The notes: generated by a model not told the origin, from the letters alone. A DNA stretch of 48,294 nucleotides from Bacteroidales bacterium (GCA_025454775.1 JALONU010000012.1:1-48294); one strand, 5' to 3'. Positions 17,009-26,011 are shown, numbered from the stretch's first letter. Translations and numbers: made by a program.

Positions 17009-18634
17009 TTATTCAAGAGTGACTGTCTTGTCTTTCGGGTACTTCACTGAATAGGTAAGGACGATCTGCTTTGTCTCCTGGGGCTTGATGCTGAGATCCC
17101 ATTTTACCTGGCCTGTTTGTGAATTCAGCTTTCCTCCTGACAGCTCTTCTGCAGCTACCGTGATCGCACTGTTCGACGAAACAGGAATCTGATCGTTAAG
17201 GGTCAGCTCCACGGGGATAGACTTATTATTCCTGATCGTGATAAGGAATGAATATATCTCAGTCTTGTTTGCACCGATGACTCTCCTGCTGGTAAAGTCC
17301 TTCCTCTTCTCTCTTTTCACAAGTATGCTGTTGTCGGTTCCCAGCGACAGGGTAAGCGTGTCAGACAGCTGGTTTACGTTAAGGGTTGAGTTACCTACAT
17401 AAGTATTCTCAAAGTACAGGGTTGCCTCACCGCTCTGAAGGTTCTGCGCGGCCCAGTCGGTTATGTTGGCAGTAAGGTAAGCCATGGGAGCGAGTTTGGG
17501 CGTAGTGACATATTTATAACTGGCAGGGGTGGAGGTGCCCTGAATTTCCATTGTCTGCACCTTCCCGTCCGACACCACCGAATAGGGAACCGCAATGTCG
17601 AATGTAACGGTTGTCTCACCTATCTTTTTCTCAACTGCAACCGGTACTGCTTCTGCTTCCTTCATCATTGCCACGTCTGCAGCTGCTTCCTCAACCATTA
17701 CAGCCTGGGGAGCATTGGAGCGTATGCCTGCAGCTTTTCCCTTAAGAGCGTTGTAGCGGACAACAGGTGTGAAATAATCTATAAACCAGGGATACAGAAC
17801 TGGCATGTCGCCTGCTATCCAGGGGCTGGCATTGGAGAAGCTCATTTTAACATTGTTCCAGTCGACGCCAGTGTTCTGGAATACATTTGCCTTGTAGAAA
17901 ATGCCGACAGGTAAGGTGATGTCGTCAACCCTTATGTCATATGACGGATACCATCCTGCATTTGATACGACATATGCGAAGGTCAGCCTTCCTGAAAGAG
18001 CCTTTTCGGCACTTACGGAAACGGATATCTCCCCGGAGGGAAGCTGTTTCTTTCCCTTCCTGTCGTTGATCTGGTTCTGAAGGGCGGTTATCTCTTTTTC
18101 ATAATCTTTAATAAGCCGGTTCTTCTTCAAAACAGCAGTATTAACCTGCTCAATATTGGCAGTATACAGGTCCATTACCCCTTTTAGCTGCTCGAGGGTT
18201 ACGGCAGATTGCTTTGTTGTCAGTATCTGCCTGTTCGCAATAAGGAACTGCTCTTTTTCCTTTAGCACGTTGATGGCTGTCTTTTCATCTTCCACCTTTA
18301 TCTGGAGCTCCTCGATCTGGTTTCTGATCTTTTTTATTTCGGGAAGCTCCTCGAGGTTCTGAAGGTAATTGTTCTGAAGGTTGACACCCAGTACAGTGAA
18401 GTCTCCATATCCTTTTACCTGTATGCTCTGTGCGTCAATGTAAGGCGAGAGGCCGGTCAGCTTCAGAACATTCTTCCCGGCTGCGATCTCGACTGTTGCT
18501 TCGTGTGTAAGCTGCGCCCTGTCGGGATATACGGTTACATGCTTCAGTCCTGCCCTGATCTCTTTTTCAGTATCTGCGTATGAAGATAAAGCCAGGGAAG
18601 CGATAAATATTGAAGTAAGAATCAATCTTTTCAT
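17009..18634 (-). CDS. DUF4139/DUF4140 domain-containing protein (MuiA-like), secreted
   Basis: The track ORF (to 18862) reads through an intergenic repeat. The ATG at 18634 gives the signal peptide MKRLILTSIFIASLALSSYA. The N-terminus (VTVYPDRAQLTHEATVEIAAGKNVLKLTGLSPYIDAQSIQVKG) fits my memory of the DUF4140 pattern. A coiled-coil and a large beta-rich C-terminal part follow. Confidence 0.65.
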   Translation of the reverse strand: MKRLILTSIFIASLALSSYADTEKEIRAGLKHVTVYPDRAQLTHEATVEIAAGKNVLKLTGLSPYIDAQSIQVKGYGDFTVLGVNLQNNYLQNLEELPEIKKIRNQIEELQIKVEDEKTAINVLKEKEQFLIANRQILTTKQSAVTLEQLKGVMDLYTANIEQVNTAVLKKNRLIKDYEKEITALQNQINDRKGKKQLPSGEISVSVSAEKALSGRLTFAYVVSNAGWYPSYDIRVDDITLPVGIFYKANVFQNTGVDWNNVKMSFSNASPWIAGDMPVLYPWFIDYFTPVVRYNALKGKAAGIRSNAPQAVMVEEAAADVAMMKEAEAVPVAVEKKIGETTVTFDIAVPYSVVSDGKVQTMEIQGTSTPASYKYVTTPKLAPMAYLTANITDWAAQNLQSGEATLYFENTYVGNSTLNVNQLSDTLTLSLGTDNSILVKREKRKDFTSRRVIGANKTEIYSFLITIRNNKSIPVELTLNDQIPVSSNSAITVAAEELSGGKLNSQTGQVKWDLSIKPQETKQIVLTYSVKYPKDKTVTLE

Positions 18635-18707
18635 AGTCAAGTGATTTTTATGACCGATAAAGTTAAGGTTTTCCGAAGAATGAATCTGTCTCGAAATAAG
18701 AAATCCG

Positions 18708-18873
18708 TTAACCGCAAAGGTCGCAAAGATTTTACGCGAAGGCCGCAAAGTGTTATTTGTCAAATTCTTTACTTTGCGTCCTTTGCGTTGATTTACCCGC
18801 CGAAGCATTACCTGAATAATGAAGCTTTTGCGTAATCGGTAGCGCAGACGGGCTTTGCGCACTTTGCGGTTAA
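18708..18873. repeat. 166-bp intergenic element bounded by 21-bp inverted repeats and composed of CTTTGCG units (REP/MITE-like or structured RNA)
   Basis: TTAACCGCAAAGGTCGCAAAG (18708-18728) matches the reverse complement of CTTTGCGCACTTTGCGGTTAA (18853-18873) at 19 of 21 positions. There are seven CTTTGCG/CGCAAAG copies, three reverse and then four forward. The inner perfect 8-bp pair is 18744-18751 / 18771-18778. Confidence 0.75.
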
Positions 18874-18917
18874 AAATAACTTTTGATGCAGCCTCTTTTA
18901 TTATGAAATTGCTTCTG

Positions 18918-20324
18918 TTATTTGTTTATCAGTTCCAGATAACTGACTGCCTCTGCTTCACTGTGACCCGCCATGGGACATCCCGGCACCGGGCAGTTCT
19001 CGATCTTGTGTTCCTTGTTATCGGCAGGTTCCCAACCCAGGAGGAAGTAGAGTGCAAAGAAACCAAGCACATAGGCAACAGCCACATGCCATCCTTTCCT
19101 GATCCAGAGTATAACATTCCGGCCTTCCGGGAATTTGTTGGTTAAGGCTACACCTGCAGAGGAACCGAACCATACCATGGAACCTCCGAACCCGACTGTA
19201 TATGCAAGCATCCCCCAGTCGTAATGACCCTGGTCGAGACAAAGCTTTGTAAGAGGAATGTTATCGAAAACAGCTGACAGGAATCCAAGGGCAAAAGCTG
19301 TTCCCCATGATGCATTGGGAAGTTCTTCCACAGGCATCATAGAAGCGCACATGACGAGGCAGAGCAGGAATATGGTTCCCTTGAGAGCTCCGGGAACCTC
19401 CTTCCAGGGCACAGGACGAAGAAATACGCCAAGCACAATAGCTATCCATACGCCCAGAGCAGGCATATCGTAAAGTATGTTTGAAATAATAGCCCCGGCA
19501 AGTATAAGCAACACATGGAGGAGTTTCAGCCAGTCTATCTTTATATTTACAGGTGCATCCTTCTCTATCTTCTGGAACTTATCCTGCTGATGGGATGCGA
19601 ACCAGGCAAAAAAGAGCAAGGCAACAATAGCTGCAACCCAGGCATGCATAACATTCAGGGCAGATACCCCGTCGATCCACATCATTGTGGTTGTGGTATC
19701 TCCTACCACGCTCCCTGCTCCACCGGCATTGCTCGCCGCAACAATTGCTGCAAGGTACCCGATGTGAACTTTGTGTTTGAAAACCACCAGGGCTATAGTT
19801 CCTCCGATAAGGGCTGCTGCAATATTATCCAGGAAAGAGGACAGGATGAACACGAATATGAGAAGTAGGAAAGGCCCTTTCCAGTCATCAGGAAGGTACC
19901 TTGGTAATATCTCAGGAACATTTGATTCCTCGAAAATCCTTGAGAGTACTGCAAACCCCAGCAGCAGTCCGAGAAGATTCAGGATGATACCCCATTCTCC
20001 CTGGCGCAGTTCCTTGTCCAGAAGCTGTTCTCCGAAGGGTGTCGTACCGAACATGTGTTCCCCCAGATGAAATCCGGGGTCAAAGATGAACTTAAATATA
20101 AGCAATACCGTAAGCCCTGTCAGGGCCACCCAGAATGTCTGCTTGTGAAACAGGGCAACACCCAGCAGTATTAGTCCGAAGATCATAAACTCAACCCTTA
20201 CAGGGCCGATGCTGGGAACTTCAGCCCCTGATGCCAGGAGCGTTACCGGTGCAAGTATCGTCAGAAGAAGCAGGAAAATTTTCTTTCCGCTGCTCCTGAA
20301 CATCGAATTAGTTACATCTTTCAT
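18918..20324 (-). CDS. Polytopic ion transporter, ArsB/NhaD (citrate-transporter-like) superfamily
   Basis: 468 aa and about 11-13 hydrophobic segments, with composition and length typical of NhaD/ArsB-type permeases. It has a Cys/His-containing C-terminal tail (ENCPVPGCPMAGHSE). Family assignment comes from general resemblance only. Confidence 0.5.
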   Translation of the reverse strand: MKDVTNSMFRSSGKKIFLLLLTILAPVTLLASGAEVPSIGPVRVEFMIFGLILLGVALFHKQTFWVALTGLTVLLIFKFIFDPGFHLGEHMFGTTPFGEQLLDKELRQGEWGIILNLLGLLLGFAVLSRIFEESNVPEILPRYLPDDWKGPFLLLIFVFILSSFLDNIAAALIGGTIALVVFKHKVHIGYLAAIVAASNAGGAGSVVGDTTTTMMWIDGVSALNVMHAWVAAIVALLFFAWFASHQQDKFQKIEKDAPVNIKIDWLKLLHVLLILAGAIISNILYDMPALGVWIAIVLGVFLRPVPWKEVPGALKGTIFLLCLVMCASMMPVEELPNASWGTAFALGFLSAVFDNIPLTKLCLDQGHYDWGMLAYTVGFGGSMVWFGSSAGVALTNKFPEGRNVILWIRKGWHVAVAYVLGFFALYFLLGWEPADNKEHKIENCPVPGCPMAGHSEAEAVSYLELINK

Positions 20325-20350
20325 ATGGGGCGTTCTGTTATTAAGGGCTC

Positions 20351-20358
20351 CAAATATA
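20351..20358 (-). promoter_or_regulatory. -7 promoter box (TATATTTG on the minus strand) for the 18918..20324 transporter
   Basis: Plus strand reads CAAATATA. It lies 26 nt upstream of the start at 20324. Confidence 0.45.
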
Positions 20359-20462
20359 TAGATATTTTTAATCCCGAATATTAACAGATGCTTTATGTAC
20401 CCTCAATAGTTATTACAATTCCATATTTTGTTAAATTTTAAACAGGTGTGATGGTAATTTTA

Positions 20463-20470
20463 TAATTTTG
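20463..20470 (+). promoter_or_regulatory. -7 promoter box (TAATTTTG) for the suf operon
   Basis: Matches TAnnTTTG, 83 nt upstream of the sufB ATG. It is followed immediately by the palindrome at 20480-20494. Confidence 0.45.
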
Positions 20471-20479
20471 TATTCTTAT

Positions 20480-20494
20480 TTAGATTAAATCTAA
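20480..20494. promoter_or_regulatory. Perfect palindrome TTAGATT-A-AATCTAA; candidate operator at the predicted suf transcription start
   Basis: 7-bp arms with a 1-nt centre, read directly. It begins 10 nt after the -7 box. Confidence 0.35.
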
Positions 20495-20553
20495 TTAACA
20501 AAACAAACTCAGCGTTGTTAATCCTTCAATGCAGCTGATGAATTAAGAGGAAG

Positions 20554-22002
20554 ATGGAGAAAGACCAGGATAAATTGCTGAACGACGTCACTTCGGGTGA
20601 ATATAAATACGGCTTTTACACCGATATTGAGACAGACAGTATTGCCAGGGGACTGACCGAAGACACGGTAAAGCTGATTTCTGCCAAAAAAAGCGAGCCG
20701 GATTGGCTTCTTGATTTCAGGCTGAAATCTTTCCGTCAATGGCAGACAATGAAAATGCCTGCATGGGCAAACCTGAAGATCCCTCATATTGATTACCAGG
20801 ATATCATCTATTATGCTGCACCAAGGCAGAGGCCTGCACTGGCCAGCCTTGACGAACTGGATCCGGAACTCAAGAAGACCTTCGACAAGCTGGGAATCCC
20901 GCTGGAAGAACAAAAGCATCTTGCAGGTGTGGCGGTAGATGCCGTGATGGACAGCGTATCGGTGAAAACCACATTCAGGGAAACCCTCGCCGAATCGGGC
21001 ATCATATTCTGCTCTTTCAGCGAAGCAGTAAAAGAGTATCCCGAGCTTGTAAGGAGGTATCTTGGAACGGTGGTGCCTTACACCGATAATTTTTTTGCCA
21101 CCCTTAATTCCGCAGTTTTCAGCGATGGTTCCTTCTGCTACATCCCGAAGGGAGTGAGATGCCCGATGGAACTCTCAACATATTTCAGGATCAACGCCGC
21201 AAATACCGGGCAGTTTGAAAGAACACTTCTTGTGGCAGATGAAGAGGCCTATGTAAGTTATCTCGAGGGATGCACAGCGCCGATGAGGGACGAAAACCAG
21301 CTTCATGCTGCCGTGGTGGAGATCATAGCCGAAAACAACGCCGAGGTAAAATATTCAACGGTTCAGAACTGGTACCCGGGTGACAAGGACGGCAAGGGAG
21401 GTATCTTCAACTTCGTGACAAAAAGAGGAATGTGCAGGGGTGAAAACTCGAAAATATCCTGGACCCAGGTTGAAACAGGGTCGGCTATTACCTGGAAATA
21501 CCCTTCGTGCATACTGAAGGGCGACAACTCCACAGGCGAATTCTATTCGGTCGCTGTCACAAACCATCACCAGCAGGCGGACACAGGAACAAAAATGATC
21601 CATATCGGGAAGAATACGAAGAGCACCATTGTTTCAAAGGGGATATCCGCAGGCCTGGGACAGAACAGCTACCGCGGCCTCGTGAAGGTGCTCAGGAATG
21701 CTTCCGGAGCGAGGAATTTCTCCCAGTGCGATTCGCTCCTGCTGGGCTCCAGGTGCGGGGCACACACTTTCCCCTATATCGAGGTGGATAACCAGACTGC
21801 AATAGTGGAACATGAAGCAACAACCTCAAAGATCGGCGAGGATCAGATATTCTACTGCAACCAGCGGGGGATCTCCACTGAAGATGCCATAGCGCTTATT
21901 GTCAACGGCTATGCAAGAGAAGTGATAAATAAACTGCCGATGGAATTTGCAGTGGAAGCACAGAAGCTGCTGCAGATAAGCCTCGAGGGAAGCGTTGGGT
22001 GA
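20554..22002 (+). CDS. sufB: Fe-S cluster assembly scaffold SufB
   Basis: 482 aa. Highly conserved SufB sequence ([41 protein letters not shown]), followed by sufC and sufD. Confidence 0.95.
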   Translation: MEKDQDKLLNDVTSGEYKYGFYTDIETDSIARGLTEDTVKLISAKKSEPDWLLDFRLKSFRQWQTMKMPAWANLKIPHIDYQDIIYYAAPRQRPALASLDELDPELKKTFDKLGIPLEEQKHLAGVAVDAVMDSVSVKTTFRETLAESGIIFCSFSEAVKEYPELVRRYLGTVVPYTDNFFATLNSAVFSDGSFCYIPKGVRCPMELSTYFRINAANTGQFERTLLVADEEAYVSYLEGCTAPMRDENQLHAAVVEIIAENNAEVKYSTVQNWYPGDKDGKGGIFNFVTKRGMCRGENSKISWTQVETGSAITWKYPSCILKGDNSTGEFYSVAVTNHHQQADTGTKMIHIGKNTKSTIVSKGISAGLGQNSYRGLVKVLRNASGARNFSQCDSLLLGSRCGAHTFPYIEVDNQTAIVEHEATTSKIGEDQIFYCNQRGISTEDAIALIVNGYAREVINKLPMEFAVEAQKLLQISLEGSVG

Positions 22003-22037
22003 GGGAGACGGAAGACGGAAGACGGAAGACAGAAGAT
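22003..22037. repeat. Tandem heptamers (GGGAGAC, GGAAGAC x3, AGAAGAT) immediately after the sufB stop
   Basis: Read directly. The three perfect GGAAGAC units are at 22010-22030 and are flanked by degenerate units. Confidence 0.85.
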
Positions 22038-22064
22038 AAAAGAAAATCAAATCACATCCCTGCA

Positions 22065-22091
22065 CCCCCTCTTTGCTTTGCAGAGAGGGGG
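22065..22091. other. Hairpin CCCCCTCT / AGAGGGGG in the sufB-sufC spacer
   Basis: Perfect 8-bp stem (22065-22072 and 22084-22091) with an 11-nt loop, followed by CTGGGGGGTGAG. No T tract. Confidence 0.7.
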
Positions 22092-22142
22092 CTGGGGGGT
22101 GAGTTCATAAGAACAATATAGTAAGACAACTATTAGACAAAT

Positions 22143-22898
22143 ATGCTGATAATTAGTAACTTAAACGCCTCAATCGACGGAAAGAGCATTCTCAAGGGAA
22201 TAAGCCTTGAGGTGAAGGCAGGGGAGGTCCATGCCATAATGGGTCCTAACGGATCGGGCAAGAGCACTCTTGCAGCTGTGCTGGCCGGAAGAGAGTTTGC
22301 ACAGGTAACCGAAGGAACTGTTACCTATATGGGCAGGAACCTTCTCGAAATGCCTGCAGAGGACCGTGCCCGAGAAGGGATCTTCCTCGGGTTCCAGTAT
22401 CCTATAGAGATCCCCGGGGTAAGCATGGTCAACTTCATGAAGACAGCTGTTAATGAACACCGGAAATATAAGGGACTTGAACCTCTTTCTGCATCGGATT
22501 TCCTGAAGCTCATGAGGGATAAGAAGGAACTTGTGGAAATTGATTCAAAGCTTGCCAACAGGTCTGTTAATGAAGGATTCAGCGGCGGCGAGAAGAAGAA
22601 GAATGAAATATTCCAGATGGCAATGCTCGAACCCAGGCTGGCTATCCTTGATGAGACCGACTCAGGCCTCGACATCGATGCGCTCAGGATTGTCGCCAAT
22701 GGAGTCAACAAGCTTAAAAAGCCAGATAATTCGACAATAGTTATTACCCATTACCAGCGGCTCCTGGATTATATTGTTCCCGACGTTGTACATGTCCTTT
22801 ACGATGGCAGGATAGTGAGAACGGCAGGCAAGGAACTTGCCCTTGAGCTTGAGGCAAAAGGCTACGACTGGATAAGAAAGGAAGTTAATAACTCATGA
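22143..22898 (+). CDS. sufC: Fe-S cluster assembly ATPase SufC
   Basis: 251 aa. Walker A GPNGSGKST, signature FSGGEKKKNEI, and Walker B LAILDETDSGLD. Confidence 0.95.
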   Translation: MLIISNLNASIDGKSILKGISLEVKAGEVHAIMGPNGSGKSTLAAVLAGREFAQVTEGTVTYMGRNLLEMPAEDRAREGIFLGFQYPIEIPGVSMVNFMKTAVNEHRKYKGLEPLSASDFLKLMRDKKELVEIDSKLANRSVNEGFSGGEKKKNEIFQMAMLEPRLAILDETDSGLDIDALRIVANGVNKLKKPDNSTIVITHYQRLLDYIVPDVVHVLYDGRIVRTAGKELALELEAKGYDWIRKEVNNS

Positions 22899-24253
22899 GC
22901 ACACAGGAAGAAAGATCGGGACGATACCTTGACTTCTACCGCGATAATATTGAAAGGATCTCGGAGAATTCATCACCTTATATCAACTCCTTCAGGCAAA
23001 ATGCCATCGAGGAGTTCAAAAAGCTTGGAATACCGACACGTAAGAATGAATCGTACCGGTACACCAATCTCGATACATTTTTCGGTCATCCTTACAGCAG
23101 TTATTTCATGCCTTCCGAACCCGATTTCGTTAAAGCTGAAGAGTTCAGGTGTGATGTTACTGACCTTGATGCCCATGGCGTGGTACTCATAAACGGCTTT
23201 TACCCGACTATCACCGGTAAGCTCAGGGAACTACCGGGAGGCATCTGGATAGGAAGCCTCAGTGAAGCATCAAGGAAATTCAGCGGCATGATAGAACAGC
23301 ACTACGGCAGGTACGTCAACGGGAATTCAGACGGACTTGTGCACCTGAACACTGCACTGGCATCCGACGGAGTTTTCCTCTGGATACCTGAGGGTGTCAG
23401 CCTGGGGAAGCCGATACAAATAGTCAACCTCGTTAACTCTGACCAGGACATATTCAACCAGCACAGGAATCTTATCATCGCGGAAAAGAATTCAGACATC
23501 ACGCTGATAATCTGCGACCATACATTGTCGCCTCAGAAATTCCTGACCAATGCGGTTACCGAGATACATGTGGGGGAGAATGCTCATTTCAACATCATAC
23601 GTGTGCAGAATGAGCACAACAATGCTGCAAAGATCACTCATACCTTCATACACCAGGAGAGGAACAGTGTTGCCACATCGAATAATATCACCCTTCACGG
23701 AGGTCTCGTACGCAACAGCACCCATCATTACCTGGGCGGGGTAGGAGCAGAGTGCAACTCTTTCGGACTCTATCTCTCCGACAAGTTCCAGCATGTCGAC
23801 AACTATGTGAACGTCGATCATGCTTTCCCCAGCTGCAAAAGCAACCAGCTGTTCAAGGGTGTTCTCGACGATATGGCCACAGGGGCATTTAACGGAAGGA
23901 TCTATGTTCATCCTGATGCACAGGGCACGATGGCATATCAGAAAAACAGCAGCATACTTCTCACCGATGATGCAAAAATGGATACAAAACCTCAGCTCGA
24001 GATCTATGCCGACGATGTTAAATGCAGTCACGGGGCAACCGTAGGCCAGCTCGATGAGAATGCACTTTTCTACCTCAGGTCAAGGGGCATCGACAAGAGG
24101 CAGGCAAGGCTCATGCTCATGTTCGGTTTCGCGCATGAAGTATTACAGAACATCAATGTGGAAGCGCTGCGCGAAAGAATGGACAACCTCGTGATGCAGA
24201 GGCTGAAGGGAGAACTTTCAAGATGTGCAAGCTGTATGGTAAAATGCGTTTAA
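22895..24253 (+). CDS. sufD: Fe-S cluster assembly protein SufD
   Basis: 452 aa. Overlaps the sufC stop by 4 nt. Has the SufB/SufD beta-helix C-terminal region (KPQLEIYADDVKCSHGATVGQLDENALFYLRSRGI). Confidence 0.9.
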   Translation: MSTQEERSGRYLDFYRDNIERISENSSPYINSFRQNAIEEFKKLGIPTRKNESYRYTNLDTFFGHPYSSYFMPSEPDFVKAEEFRCDVTDLDAHGVVLINGFYPTITGKLRELPGGIWIGSLSEASRKFSGMIEQHYGRYVNGNSDGLVHLNTALASDGVFLWIPEGVSLGKPIQIVNLVNSDQDIFNQHRNLIIAEKNSDITLIICDHTLSPQKFLTNAVTEIHVGENAHFNIIRVQNEHNNAAKITHTFIHQERNSVATSNNITLHGGLVRNSTHHYLGGVGAECNSFGLYLSDKFQHVDNYVNVDHAFPSCKSNQLFKGVLDDMATGAFNGRIYVHPDAQGTMAYQKNSSILLTDDAKMDTKPQLEIYADDVKCSHGATVGQLDENALFYLRSRGIDKRQARLMLMFGFAHEVLQNINVEALRERMDNLVMQRLKGELSRCASCMVKCV

Positions 24254-24263
24254 GGGAAACGAA

Positions 24264-25481
24264 GTGAAAGACATCAGCGAAATACGGTCCGATTTCCCGA
24301 TCCTGGCAACAAAAGTCTACGGCAAACCCCTCGTATACCTCGACAACGGAGCTACAACCCAGAAACCCCTAAGCGTAATCAACGCTGTAAATGAGGTTCT
24401 TACCGGGTACAACGCAAACATTCACCGCGGGGTTCATGCAATCAGCGACAGGGCCTCCGAGGAATACGAGAAAGCCAGGGAAAAGGTGCGCGGTTTTATA
24501 AATGCCGGCAAAAGGGAAGAAGTGATTTTCACATCGGGAACCACGGGCTCAATCAATGCAGTGGCTTTTTCATTCGGAGAAAGATTTGTGCACCGGGGCG
24601 ACGAAATACTTATAAGCTGTCTCGAGCATCATTCCAACATTGTCCCCTGGCAGATGATGTGCGAAAGGAAAGGTGCCAGGCTGAAGATAATACCCATAAA
24701 TGATAAGGGAGAAGTCATTATCGAAGAATACCTGAAGCTTCTCTCCCGTCAAGTGAAGCTGGTGGCGGTGACACAAGCCTCCAATGCACTCGGGACAGTA
24801 GTGCCTGTAAAGAAAATGATTGAGTCTGCACATTCTGCCGGTATCCCTGTTCTTGTTGACGGAGCACAGGGAATCAAGCACGGAGTTACAAACGTAGCGG
24901 ATATGGACTGCGACTTTTATGTCTACTCCGGGCATAAGATCTATGGTCCGACAGGTATCGGTGTTCTCTATGGAAAGGAAAAATGGCTGACCGAACTGCC
25001 TCCTTACCAGGGAGGAGGCGACATGGTGGAGAACGTAACCTTTGAAAAAACCACTTTCAATGTGCTTCCTTTCAAATTCGAAGCCGGTACAACGAATTTC
25101 CCGGGAGCAATAGGGCTGGGCGCCGCCCTCGATTATGTTCTTTCGGTGGGAAGGGAGAATATCCGCTACAGGGAACAGGAACTCCTGGAATATGCAACGC
25201 AAAGGCTTTCATCGATACCGGGGCTCAGGATATACGGTGATTCCGCGTCCAAAATTTCCACAGTTTCGTTCCTGCTGGAAGGAATTCACCAGTATGATAC
25301 AGGCATGATCCTCGACAAGCTCGGCATTGCCGTCAGGACAGGGACACATTGCGCCCAGCCTGTAATGGAGAGATTCGGGATTTCAGGAACCGTCAGGGCT
25401 TCGATGTGCTTTTATAATACCCGTGAAGAAATAGACATCCTTGGAACGGGAATTGAAAAGGTAATATCAATGTTTTCATAG
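24264..25481 (+). CDS. sufS: Cysteine desulfurase SufS (class V aminotransferase)
   Basis: 405 aa with a GTG start. Motifs: YLDNGATTQKP, the PLP-lysine region SGHKIYGPTGIG, and the catalytic-Cys region RTGTHCAQP. Confidence 0.93.
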   Translation: MKDISEIRSDFPILATKVYGKPLVYLDNGATTQKPLSVINAVNEVLTGYNANIHRGVHAISDRASEEYEKAREKVRGFINAGKREEVIFTSGTTGSINAVAFSFGERFVHRGDEILISCLEHHSNIVPWQMMCERKGARLKIIPINDKGEVIIEEYLKLLSRQVKLVAVTQASNALGTVVPVKKMIESAHSAGIPVLVDGAQGIKHGVTNVADMDCDFYVYSGHKIYGPTGIGVLYGKEKWLTELPPYQGGGDMVENVTFEKTTFNVLPFKFEAGTTNFPGAIGLGAALDYVLSVGRENIRYREQELLEYATQRLSSIPGLRIYGDSASKISTVSFLLEGIHQYDTGMILDKLGIAVRTGTHCAQPVMERFGISGTVRASMCFYNTREEIDILGTGIEKVISMFS

Positions 25482-25485
25482 TGAA

Positions 25486-25911
25486 TTGATGACCATCAGC
25501 CAGATACAGGACAATATAGTTGAGGAGTTTTCAGTCTTCGACGACTGGATGGACAAATACAACCTGCTCATCGACATGGGGAAGGATATACCCCGGATCG
25601 ACCAGAAATTCAAGACGAACGACCACCTTATCGAAGGCTGCCAGTCGAAGGTCTGGCTCAGGCCTGAGTTCAGGGACGACAGGGTGTATTTCACTGCCGA
25701 CAGCGACGCAATAATAACAAAAGGTATCGCAGGGCTGCTGATTAAAGTACTCTCCGGCAGAACTCCCGATGAAATTATTTCTGCCGATCTTTACTTTATC
25801 GACAGGATAGGCCTGAGACAGAATCTCTCACCAACACGTTCAAACGGGCTTCTGTCGATGATACGCCAGATGAAGCTTTATGCGATGGCATTTAAGGCTA
25901 CCGGGAGGTAG
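25486..25911 (+). CDS. sufE: Cysteine desulfuration (sulfur acceptor) protein SufE
   Basis: 141 aa. SufE hallmark IEGCQSKVWL plus SPTRSNGL. It starts 4 nt after sufS. Confidence 0.88.
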   Translation: MMTISQIQDNIVEEFSVFDDWMDKYNLLIDMGKDIPRIDQKFKTNDHLIEGCQSKVWLRPEFRDDRVYFTADSDAIITKGIAGLLIKVLSGRTPDEIISADLYFIDRIGLRQNLSPTRSNGLLSMIRQMKLYAMAFKATGR

Positions 25912-25976
25912 GATTTCGGAATGCGGATTGACGATTTCGGATTTAAATCCGCAATCGAAAATCCGAAATCCGAAAT
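25911..25976. repeat. 66-bp imperfect palindrome built from heptamer units (GGATTTC-type / AATCCGA-type) directly after the sufE stop
   Basis: The left arm (25913-25944) matches the reverse complement of the right arm (25945-25976) at 27 of 32 positions. The centre is CGGATTT|AAATCCG. Both arms decompose into 7-nt units. Confidence 0.85.
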
Positions 25977-26011
25977 ATCATCATTTTGATACAAAGTATT
26001 ATTGTATAGCC

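Noticed and set aside
18635-18862. 76-codon N-terminal extension of the DUF4139 ORF
   Set aside because: It is translated straight through the CTTTGCG repeat element (giving ...QRKGRKVKNL...). A proper signal peptide begins at the internal ATG at 18634.
23492-25202. Long minus-strand ORFs 23492..24031 (179 aa) and 24570..25202 (210 aa)
   Set aside because: They are antisense to sufD and sufS, both strongly conserved. These are typical shadow ORFs.
6370-25976. Possibility that the short tandem repeats (heptamers, the 15-bp and 9-bp units) are CRISPR arrays
   Set aside because: The units are 7-15 bp and directly abutting, with no spacers. Two of them lie inside CDSs, and there are no cas genes in the window.
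25880-26011. 44-codon N-terminal extension of the DUF59 ORF
   Set aside because: It reads through the heptamer palindrome (…NPQSKIRNPKY…). DUF59 proteins are ~100 aa, and the ATG at 26012 fits.
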